The notes beneath the pieces are model-generated. The model had not been told where the DNA came from. It searched no databases and saw nothing but the letters and a program-made list of their open reading frames with translations. Made by a program: the position numbers and the translations under genes. A DNA stretch of 64,000 nucleotides from Ylistrum balloti (lineage: Eukaryota). Below, piece after piece: positions 24,573 to 35,229 of the stretch. The stretch covers positions 186,001 to 250,000 of the forward strand of contig NW_026782116.1 of assembly GCF_031769215.1 (NCBI RefSeq). Direction: 5' to 3'. How positions within the stretch are numbered: the first letter of the stretch is position 1; each line of letters starts with the position of its first letter.

Positions 24573-26569
24573 TTATAGGTTGCCTTTTTTTATGTGTAAT
24601 TTAACCTGAGATAAATTGTTTTATGAACACTGTCATGTATGGACAGATTGGAACACTGAACACTTCAAAGTTCACTGTTACTCAGAGTGGTACCTCCAGG
24701 TACATTTTATATGTTACATGTGCATGGATCTCTTTATTATATTGTACACCCACAATACATTGTTTGAAGAAATTCTGTTTCAGTGCAGTTCTACTGAAAT
24801 AAATTTGATTACAGATATACATACATATTACAGGTAAACTACTGAAATAAATTTGATTACAGATATACATACATATTACAGGTAAACTACTGAAATAAAT
24901 TTGATTACATATACATACATTTACAGGTAAACTACTGAAATAAATTTGATTATAGATAGACATACATAATTCAGGTGTTCTACTGAAATAAATTTGATTA
25001 CAGTTATACATACACTTTAGTAAATAAAAAAAGTGTTGTATTCATCTCCCAACAAGTACAGAATGTAAAACTTGAGAAAGTAGTATCTGAAGTCTTCATC
25101 TTCAACAGAAAGATCAGGTAGTACAATGTTTATACAATATACATGTAAAACCAAACACATGTTTCTATCTGTACAAGTTTAAGATATAATAGCTGACCTA
25201 ATTAAGTAAGATGGAAGTAGAAGAAAACAGGTGTTTGAAGATTTTCTCAGACTCTTCCTAAGACATATACTCCACTGTAGGATGAAAAGAAACCACACTT
25301 GAACTTGAAATTCTATTGTTTTCTGAAATACTTTAATTTGTGAATACTTTATATTTCATAGTCTATTTATCAATATCCACATTGTAGCTTGAAACACTAG
25401 AATTGTAGCTGATTACAGCAAAAAAATTAAGCAGCTTAATAAATTCTGTTTCAATCTTTGAAAATTTTATGCTTTGAGATGTTTGGGGCTATTAAAATGT
25501 CACAAAAATATATATTACAGTGTTTTTGTTCCTTCATTGTGTAAATGTGATATTATCCTTTTCTTTCCATGTATTTTGGTAATCAGTGAAAATACTAAAA
25601 AGTATATGTTTCCCCTCCATATAAAGGGAAACAATATTAATCTTTGTCAAGGATATGAACAAACTGATGAAAAGGTAACAGTTGGCTGGTCAGTATCGGA
25701 ATTTATCTTCATAGTGTGCACACTTACTATAAATAGAACATCAGTTTTCTGCATAAGAACTTCATTTCCGTGGTGCTAATAAAACAAATTCCAGGCATTG
25801 CATGTTAAGAATTATGTGCTCATACAATGTATCATGATTGGTGTTTTGGGTCAAAGGTCAAAGGTAGTGTGGATATAAACTGACAATCTGTTTCTGCAAG
25901 TCACAGTAACTCGAGTTGCTTTGTGCTGCTATTCATAGAATTCAAACATTTTTCATTCACAAAAAGAGTGTAGTAGGTATAATTAGGACTAATGATCATT
26001 ACCACTATAGGTCAAAGGTCAGGAACAACATTTCACATTAGAGGTGTTAAATGTGTTCTATACATTGTTACCCGCTAGTGCACTAGACGAAGGTGACCTT
26101 CATCTGAAGTCAATTTAAAAGTCAAATAATGTAAAAGGAATTAGGAATAGTTGTTTGGAGTTTATGTCCTTGTAATAACCAATGACATATGAAAACAAAT
26201 ATACACTGTCTAATTAGGGCAGAAATAATTTCATTTATTAAGTCTCAAGTATTGTAGCAAGTGATTTATTTTCTTTCTGTTTCCAGTTTCAATCTAGCAA
26301 CAACACCAAATTTAGGCTGTAGATTGATTATATAAATAATTCTGAATTTTGTGTTTTGGTTGTGTTAAAAAATTATGAAATAGAGTGAGCTCCTTCATAG
26401 AGAAAGGGAGGCAGCAGTAATGGCACCATATTTTAGGAGTGGAGAGTTCCACAGCTAACTGCTGTATAACAGTTTTTATGACCTCACCATGAAATACAGG
26501 TCAAATTGTGCTTTCTTTAAGGTCTCTACAATGGATTTTACAGACAAAAACTTCACTTGTACATAGATC
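24573..26569 (-). CDS. Candidate multi-exon ORF of unknown function, convergent with ValRS
   Basis: Five segments bounded by splice signals (26569-26488, 25775-25728, 25274-25198, 24793-24694, 24605-24573) join in one open frame of 112 aa (86 aa from the first Met); no family recognised. Confidence 0.42.
24791..25010 (-). repeat. 48-bp tandem repeat (5 copies; spacings 48/48/45/48) carrying a minus-strand acceptor aatcaaatttatttcAG|TAG
   Basis: ctactgaaataaatttgatta at 24791, 24839, 24887, 24932 and 24980. Confidence 0.9.
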
Positions 26570-26842
26570 CTGCAAACAGATTCTTTACTGCATACAAACA
26601 AATCTGGAGGACTCTTTGGCTTGATAAAATGACCCATTTGTGTTAGTGACTGAAAACAACTTCCCTATGTCTGCACTGCTACATACTTTACTGAAATGGT
26701 ATGTATAGTGGAGTAACAATGTTATGCCGTCTGTCTTGTTTCCATAGTTATGGCCCTTGGATATTTGAAGCAACTCGATTTACTTTAGACGTCAGCCACA
26801 TTCAACCAATACATTAAAGGAACAGGAAAGTGACAAGCATAC

Positions 26843-26968
26843 CTAATGAAAGGTCTGTTACACTGAAAACACTGGACTTCATTGTCTTTAGCTGCCGGTA
26901 CAGGTCACATAATGAAAGGTCTGTTACACTGAAAACACTGGACTTCATTGTCTTTAGTTGCCGGTACG
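26843..26968. repeat. 63-bp tandem duplication
   Basis: taatgaaaggtctgttacactgaaaacactggacttcattgtctttag(c/t)tgccggtac twice. Confidence 0.9.
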
Positions 26969-27719
26969 GGTCATCATTTGTGATACAATGTGTCTGTTGC
27001 CAAATCCGTGTGTAAAGGTGATGTTCATCTATTTGCGATCTCTACACCGTCAATCCAATTTCGTCAGACAGTGAGTTTTGTTTGTGAATCGTTTAATCAA
27101 AGAGGTTTGCCTTCACAGTGGTAAATGTTTTATTGGAAATCTATTTAAAAAATCCAATCTCTTCCCTCCCCTCAAAAATTGATCAAATCATTAGATTAAC
27201 GAAATGATAACATTCCTTCGATCCTACTTTTCAATATTCGTCATGCAAGACATCGCCGAAAACCGTAGAAAGTCGAATGAGCTGTCAACCTTTTGTTTCT
27301 GTGTTATTATCTACTGTTCATCGTAAAGGTCCTGGTAACTTTTCTCATCGGATAACTTTTTGTAGTTTTGACTTCCTGTGTCATTGGCAATTCCTACTCA
27401 GAAGGAATTTTATCGTGTCTGTTTCATGTGTTTCTGAATATTCTGCAACGAACCAAAAAAAGTCATGTTGAGGTTCACAGGAGAAACGTGTGGACAAACT
27501 GTCCGAGTGAACTGTAAACACAGCATTGATTCGAAGATATGAACACTAGAAAATGATAACTATATGATACCACATTAGAATTTATCGAAAAGTTCAGCTA
27601 AGGTTTTGAAACAGACTAAAACATTTTCATTACTATAGGACATGAACGTGGAAAGTCTTCGGGTACAGAAAGTTTTGCTACTGGTGTTCAATCGATATGT
27701 AGTTTTCAAGTTATTTCAG

Positions 27720-28735
27720 TCTTAATTCGGGAGTGTATGACCACGGTACACGAGACGTTAATTCGGGAGTGTATGACTACGGTACACGAGACGTTAATCC
27801 GGGTGTGTATGACCACGGTACACGAGACGTTAATTCGGGAGTGTATGACCACGGTACATGAGACGTTAATTCGGGAGTGTATGACCACGGTACATGAGAC
27901 GTTAATTCGGGAGTGTATGAGTACGGTTCATGAGACGTTAATTCGGGAGTGTATGACCACGGTACACGAGGCGTTAATTCGGGAGTGTATGACCACGGTA
28001 CACGAGACGTTAATTCGGGAGTGTATGACCACGGTACACGAGACGTTAATTCGGGTGTGTATGACCACGGTTCATGAGACGTTAATTCGGGAGTGTATGA
28101 GTACGGTTCATGAGACGTTAATTCGGGAGTGTATGAGTACGGTACATGAGACGTTAATTCGGGAGTGTATGACTACGGTACACGAGTCATAATTCGGGAG
28201 TGTATGACCACGGTACACGAGACATAATTCGGGAGTGTATGACCACGGTACATGAGGCGTTAATTCGGGAGTGTATGACCACGGTACACGAGACGTTAAT
28301 TCGGGAGTGTATGATTACGGTACATGAGACGTGAATTCGGGAGTGTATGACCACGGTAAACGAGATGTTAATTCGGGAGTGTATGACCACGGTACACGAG
28401 ACATAATTTGGGAGTGTATGATTACGGTACATGAGACGTTAATTCGGGGGTGTATGACCACGGTACATGAGACGTTAATTCGGGAGTGTATGAGTATGGT
28501 ACATGAGACGTTAATTCGTGAGTGTATGACCACGGTACATTCGGGAGTGTATGACCACTTTACACGAGTCATAATTCGGGAGTGTATGACCACGGTACTC
28601 CAGACGTTACTTCGGGAGTGTATGACCACGGTACACGAGACGTTAATTCGGGAGTGTATGAGTATGGTACATGAAACGTTAATTCGTGAGTGTATGACCA
28701 CGGTACGTGGGACGTTATCTCGGGCGTGTATGACC
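27720..28735. repeat. 36-bp CpG-rich minisatellite (ttaattcgggagtgtatgaccacggtacacgagacg), about 28 copies
   Basis: tandem array; gives (TTVHETLIRECM)n on the plus strand. Confidence 0.96.
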
Positions 28736-28739
28736 GATG

Positions 28740-29350
28740 AAAAAACCCAGAGTCAGGATTACAACTCTGAGAACCTGTTGTCCTTGAATCAAGGTGACGA
28801 AGTAAATCTTGATTCTGTTGTTCCGTTTTCCCTGGTGATTGTAGCGACTTGAGTCCAGTATTTATAGCCGATCGTCTAAGCGTGACATAGACGCAGTGAA
28901 AACCTGCTGCGGACTAATCATTAACGTAGTAAGCGCCGACAGAACGTTCTGACGACTTAATGTGATCTTCTACAATGTAGCATGGGCGTACCACGATCAT
29001 TACATAAGCGCAGGAAGGTCGTAGTGAGAACAATATTGACATAGCAAGAGCGAAGGGACAACGCAGCGAGTACGAAGTACAATCCTTTCCGTTTACACTT
29101 CGCTTCTACTGCGTCTTTGAAGTTCCCTTTAGGGTTTCATTACGGCATTACAGGGTCAATAAGGGCGTTACTACGTTCTTATTAGGTTCTTACTGCGTTC
29201 TCATTTAACCACGTCCTCGCTACGAAATTTTTAAACATGTTCCAAATTCGGCACGTCCTCCATACCACCATACCACTTCCTTATCGGAATCTTCTGCGTT
29301 CTTGCTACGTTCTTACCGCGCTCTCATTACACCCCCACATGTTCATGAAA
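28740..29350. mobile_element. CpG-rich transposon-end-like segment with repeated tactgcgttct submotifs
   Basis: several c(t)actgcgttct / ctacgttct motifs at 29100-29330; minus-strand TATAAATA at 28859-28866; family unassigned. Confidence 0.35.
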
Positions 29351-30439
29351 GAAAATTGATCTATACTGAATCATGTGGTATAGTTATGTAACACAGCCAC
29401 AAGGTTTAAACATACAACACTCGTCGAGTGTTTGCTTTTCATTGGGATCGTGGAAATACAGCTAATTTGGTATTTCAAATATATCAATATTCCAGATAAC
29501 ACACGTGCTCACTCTTAGATTTGCTGATAACACAGAATAAAAGATGTTGATTCCAGAACAGCTGTATTGGAGTGTTCACATAAAGCTTCTTGTATGTCAT
29601 TGTCAAGGTGAGTTAGCTTTGGAAAGTAATTAACAGGTGTGTTATTACATGTATATTTCAATGCGTCTTGGAGAAAGTCGCTGACCTACGGATCATCATT
29701 GATATCACTGGTCATTTCGAGAAGGTTTTCACTCATATTTTTTTCAATAATCACCATATGTGCATTCGTTACCATATACGTAGACAGATATGGTGACATT
29801 ATGTCTTCTTGGGAAACAAGTGTTTTATAAATGGACAAAAAGACAAGATTGTATATAAATTCTTTCTTTTTTCTTTATAATATCAATAAATGTCAGAGTC
29901 GTACTAATTAAATTGGTCAACTCGGAATATTGGGAGGAAAAGAGTCTTCTTTGATCAAAGTTACAAATTATACGAAAGTCATGTTCCGTCAGTTTTACAT
30001 AGAATTTGTTTTCAAATGCTCGGAACATGTTAAATTCTAAACTAATATGTCGAATGTGTTGTAATCTATTTGAACTTAGTACTTTAATCAAATCCACTAT
30101 ATGCTTTAGAAATTGTAATTTTGAGCGTAACATTTTACAAGCATTCAAATCCATCTGATCTCTCGTCCGTTCGGAACCTGATTTTTGTTCAACCATCCAT
30201 CTCTTCCTAATCGTTATCTCAGGTTACCATGCCGACTTGTATATAAATTATCACTTTACCAAAGTGTAGACTTTGCGTGTGGGAAACACGAACGTTACCA
30301 ACCCCTTTACAAGAAATATTGTCACACCTTTTTCTCGTGCTTTCAAGTCTTGAGCATGGCCTCCATTGTTACTGACGAATACTGGTGTGTTTATTTAGTA
30401 ATATTAATTGTGTTTGTGCAGCTGTAAGGAAATAGATTG

Positions 30440-30708
30440 ATCCAGTCCTAGACTGCAAAGTTCTTACTTTAATATGGTGTCCATGTCACGGGTAAGTGTT
30501 TTTATCAATATTGATTCAGTCCTAGAGTGCAAAGTACTTTATATGGTGTCCATGTCACGGGTAAGTTTTTTTTATCGATATTGGTCCAGTCCTGGACTGC
30601 AAAGTACTTTATATGGTGTCCATGTCACGGGTAAGTTTTTTTATCAATATTGGTCCAGCCCTGGACTACAAAGTACTTTATATGGTGTCCATGTCACGGG
30701 TAAGTTGT
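30440..30708 (+). repeat. About 69-bp tandem repeat x4, each unit ending cacgg|gtaagt
   Basis: atatggtgtccatgtcacgggtaagt at 30472, 30541, 30611 and 30680. Confidence 0.92.
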
Positions 30709-30894
30709 GTAATCAGTGATAATTATAACAGACACGACAGGCAACCATTGACTTCTTTCTGTAATCTTTATGGTCTTTTCAGGCATTAGATATAACGAAG
30801 TATACCGTTGAATTCAATGGAGCGCAGGGTATTGGATGATGTCTACGAATTTGCATCATTTCATATGATTCACTTCCTTCACGAATCTTAAAAA

Positions 30895-32712
30895 TGCTAC
30901 GTGGATGAACAGCTGTCAAGAGACAGGTTCTCTATGAGACTGGTAAACAATGTACACGGGAACCTCGCTCTGTTGTTAAATGTTTTGTCTTCTCGTGGAT
31001 GGACATCTGTCAGGAGACAGGTTCTCTATGAGACTGGTAAACAATGTACTTAGGAACCTCGCTCTGTTGTTAAATGTTTTGTCTTCTCGTGGATGGACAT
31101 CTGTCAAGAGACAGGTTCTCTATGAGACTGGTAAACAATGTACTTAGGAACCTCGCTCTGTTGTTAAATGTTTTGTCTTCTCGTGGATGGACATCTGTCA
31201 GGAGACAGGTTCTCTATGAGACTGGTAAACAATGTACTTAGGAACCTCGCTCTGTTGTTAAATGTTTTGTCTTCTCGTGGATGGACATCTGTCAGGAGAC
31301 AGGTTCTCTATGAGACTGGTAAACACTCTATTCGGGAACATCGCTCTGTTGTTAAATGTTTTGTCTTCTCGTGGATGGACATCTGTCAAGAGACAGGTTC
31401 TCTATGAGACTGGGGAAACAAGATACTCGGGAACCTTGCTCTGTTGTTAAATGTTTTGTCTTCTCGTGGATGGACATCTGTCAGGAGACAGGTTCTCTAT
31501 GAGACTGGTAAACAATGTACTTAGGAACCTCGCTCTGTTGTTAAATGTTTTGTCTTCTCGTGGATGGACATCTGTCAGGAGACAGGTTCTCTATGAGACT
31601 GGTGAACAATGTACACGGGAACCTCGCTCTGTTATTAAATGTTTTGTCTTCTCGTGGATGGACATCTGTCAAGAGACAGGTTCTCTATGAGACTGGGGAA
31701 ACAAGATACTTGGGAACCTTGCTCTGTTGTTAAATGTTTTGTCTTCTCGTGGATGGACATCTGTCAGGAGACAGGTTCTCTATGAGACTGGTAAACAATG
31801 TACTTACTGGGAACCTCGCTCTGTTGTTAAATGTTTTGTCTTCTCGTGGATGGACATCAGGTTGTCAGGAGACAGGTTCTCTATGAGACTGGTAAACACT
31901 GTATTCGGGAACCTCGCTCTGTTGTTAAATGTTTTGTCTTCTCGTGGATGGACATCTGTCAAGAGACAGGTTCTCTATGAGACTGGGGAAACAAGATACT
32001 CGGGAACCTCGCTCTGTTATTAAATGTTTTGTCTTCTCGTGGATGGACATCTGTCAGGAGACAGGTTCTCTATGAGACTGGTAAACAATGTACTTAGGAA
32101 CCTCGCTCTGTTGTTAAATGTTTTGTCTTCTCGTGGATGGACATCTGTCAGGAGACAGGTTCTCTATGAGACTGGTGAACAATGTACACGGGAACCTCGC
32201 TCTGTTATTAAATGTTTTGTCTTCTCGTGGATGGACATCTGTCAGGAGACAGGTTCTCTATGGGACTGGTAAACAATGTACTTAGGAACCTCGCTCTGTT
32301 GTTAAATGTTTTGTCTTCTCGTGGATGGACATCTGTCAGGAGACAGGTTCTCTATGAGACTGGTAAACACTGTATTCGGGAACCTCGCTCTGTTGTTAAA
32401 TGTTTTGTCTTCTCGTGGATGAACATCTGTCAGGAGACAGGTTCTCTATGAGACTGGTAAACACTGTATTCGGGAACCTCGCTCTGTTGTTAAATGTTTT
32501 GTCTTCTCGTGGATGGACATCTGTCAGGAGACAGGTTCTCTATGAGACTGGTAAACACTGTATTCGGGAACCTCGCTCTGTTGTTAAATGTTTTGTCTTC
32601 TCGTGGATGGACATCTGTCAGGAGACAGGTTCTCTATGAGACTGGTAAACATTGTACTCGGGAACCTCGCTCTGTTGTTAAATGTCTTGTGTTTTCTTGG
32701 ATGGACATCTAT
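30895..32712. repeat. 94-bp minisatellite, about 19 copies, with a local trimeric pattern
   Basis: tcgtggatggacatctgtcaggagacaggttctctatgagactggtaaacaatgtacttaggaacctcgctctgttgttaaatgttttgtcttc. Confidence 0.96.
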
Positions 32713-33189
32713 GAAGTGTTAAGACATAAAAAATCACAAAACTTTTACAGAGCAAGTATATAACATAAGTTAACAGATTGTCTAAATGATACCATAATAG
32801 CGTGAAACCACATGCTGGTATTATCGCCGTGATCAATCATCATCATTTGAGACGGGTTCTCCTAATGGTAGTTGGTGACCACCAGATTAAACATGACGCG
32901 GAAGGTCCGTCGGATTTATCCATAGCAACTGTGGTGAAGCATCTTTCCTAAGGAGATCACAAGACGGTCTGTGATCTCAGCTTCACGATAATCACAACCT
33001 GCCACGGTAAATGGTCAAACCACACCCCTCTTCGCCTTAGATTAGATCAGTCTGATGATCACAAAAGGTGTCCTGGTTTGCTACATGTACAGCAAATAAT
33101 GCCATTCATTTTCCGAAACAGATGGTGTTCCCGACTCGTCAAGTGTATTATAAACAATCTTCTGTTGACTGATACCGTACACCTACTAC

Positions 33190-33450
33190 GGATGATTTGG
33201 TCTTGCACCAGTAACGCATTCGCCTTTGACCTAGGCGTCAAGGGTTCGATTCCAGGAAAGGAAAGGGTCTCGCACTAGTAACGCAATCGTCTTTGACCTA
33301 GGCGTCAAGGGTTCGATTCCAGGAAAGGAAAAGGTACTTGGTCATCTGCCCGATACAAACACGTGGGGTTTTCCAGGGTCATTCGGCAGTAAGACCCTCT
33401 AAAAATTTCATCCGGGCCAACGAAAGAGATTAACATATGTTGGAATGACG
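33190..33450 (+). mobile_element. tRNA-derived SINE with duplicated head
   Basis: Pol III B-box GGTTCGATTCC at 33243 and 33310; body gtggggttttccagggtcattcgg...atccgggccaacgaaagagattaa resembles mollusc SINE bodies (from memory). Confidence 0.6.
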
Positions 33451-35229
33451 TCTTTCGCTAAATGAAGTTTTAAAACAACAACTAATAATCCTACTACACC
33501 TAAATGACCTCTTGCCAAGTTTTAATGTTGTCCGTTGACTATAATTGAAAAATATCTCATCCTATTTATAGCATGAGATATTAAAACATTATTAGCTGGT
33601 TTAATCATTTGGAGAGGACAACTGAAAGAAACATCCTTGTGAACTGTCAGTAATTGTTGAATTTTTGTTTTGTTTAATTCATCATGTAAGTTTTTGGCAT
33701 ATGTTGTATCATCAAATGTGCTAGCAAACACTGAAAGGGAGAAATCAATCGTGGATCCCTTTCAGAAATATCCGATATAAAATGGAGACTCGTTACGCCA
33801 AGACCATCGTGGGATCTATAGTTGTTTGAAGGCCTTTGTGAGCTGGACGTGTTTGATGCTCGTTAGATTGCCAGTTGGTTCCGTTGTTTTACACCTTGTT
33901 CTCATTTGAGAACGTGGCATTACTTACTCGGATTGACCAATTGGCGGGTGTCGTCGATGGAGCAGTAGACGCTTACTCTTTCGGTCTTTTCAGGAGTCTC
34001 TGTTGTAAAACTTTCCTTTGTTTATATTTTTGCCCTAGTTTTATTGAATTTGATTTTCGATTAGGACTATGTTGACATGTTAGGATTTTCCATTTGTTTT
34101 TGTAACACCCGTACGGCTTTCCATTTGGTTCTAACACTTTGTAGCTACCAAGCTCCAGGTAAACCCACGAACAGCTGCATGGTATATAGACTAATACATA
34201 GAACTATCACGCCCTACATGTAATTCAAAATGGTGGACAGACTCCGTCCATGGCTACTCAGACGGTCAAGGACACACTGCTTTTGTTTATTCTTTGTTGT
34301 CCTGGCTCCATCTGATTATTATTTCTTCTGTTTATTCGTTTACTTATGAACGGAATTTTACGTCCACCATTATTGTCTTCCGGCCTTTCAGCGGACGACA
34401 TACCAGTTGGTACATGGATACCACTAGAGTGTCCAAGGTCATGCTCATGAGTTCATACACATAGGCAGATGCCCGATTCACCGAAGTACACCTTGATACT
34501 CCTATGATTAATTGAAGGTACAATAGACGTAATTTAATTGGTCTAGAACAGGTTTCAAGAAAACAAAATGACCAATGAAAGGCTCATACGTCCATTGAAA
34601 ATTACAGAGGAGCGACACCCAACTTCAAGTCAGTACAGCATACCGTTATGCGACCTCGAGATTCCTTTAAAGGATCATACTAGTATTGTCGACTAATCCA
34701 CACGTGTCGTTCATGAAATTTTCAATTTTGTCAGGAAATGTCCGAGGGCAGGGGGTACTCAATGTGACTACTACATATTACACAATCACACATTCATAAT
34801 ACTGAATTGAATTCATAAGTTTTTATTCAAGTTTTTAAAAAAATATCATTTGTATTTTTTTAAAATATCAATTTAAATTCTAAAAGTGCTTATCTGAATT
34901 TAAAAGATATATCATATGTATTCAAACACAGTGCGTTTGGATTCAAAGAAATATCTTCAAAAAATGTCATTTTAATACAAATGATATTTTACAAAACATC
35001 TTGAATTCGAATCAGTATTTTTATAAATAGATTTAAAAATATAAATAACGCGACAGTTGACATGCCATACTTTCGGCTTTTATTTGATTCACTTCCCCGT
35101 TTTCAAAAGCGTGTGTATTAATTCAAAGACAAGTATGAGTTGGATAAAGTTCAATTTGAATTTCTCTGATTTAATATCTGTGATATCGGTCTTAAACAAG
35201 GAGAAAATAATACTCCGGCTCACCCACTC

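Noticed and set aside
26596-26690. Extra minus-strand exon (54 or 95 nt) ending at gtatgc 26595
   Set aside because: It would leave only a 26-nt intron before the acceptor at 26570.
27706-28852. Repeat-protein genes (TTVHETLIRECM)n / (VVIHSRINVSCT)n
   Set aside because: Open frames on both strands are expected from a 36-bp unit; no signal peptide, splice context or homology. Kept only as a repeat finding.
31168-32763. Cluster of 62-98-aa MFCLLVDGHL... ORFs as a gene family
   Set aside because: Artefact of the 94-bp array.
33243-33320. tRNA genes
   Set aside because: Only B-box/T-loop motifs; no cloverleaf or acceptor stem, and a SINE body follows.
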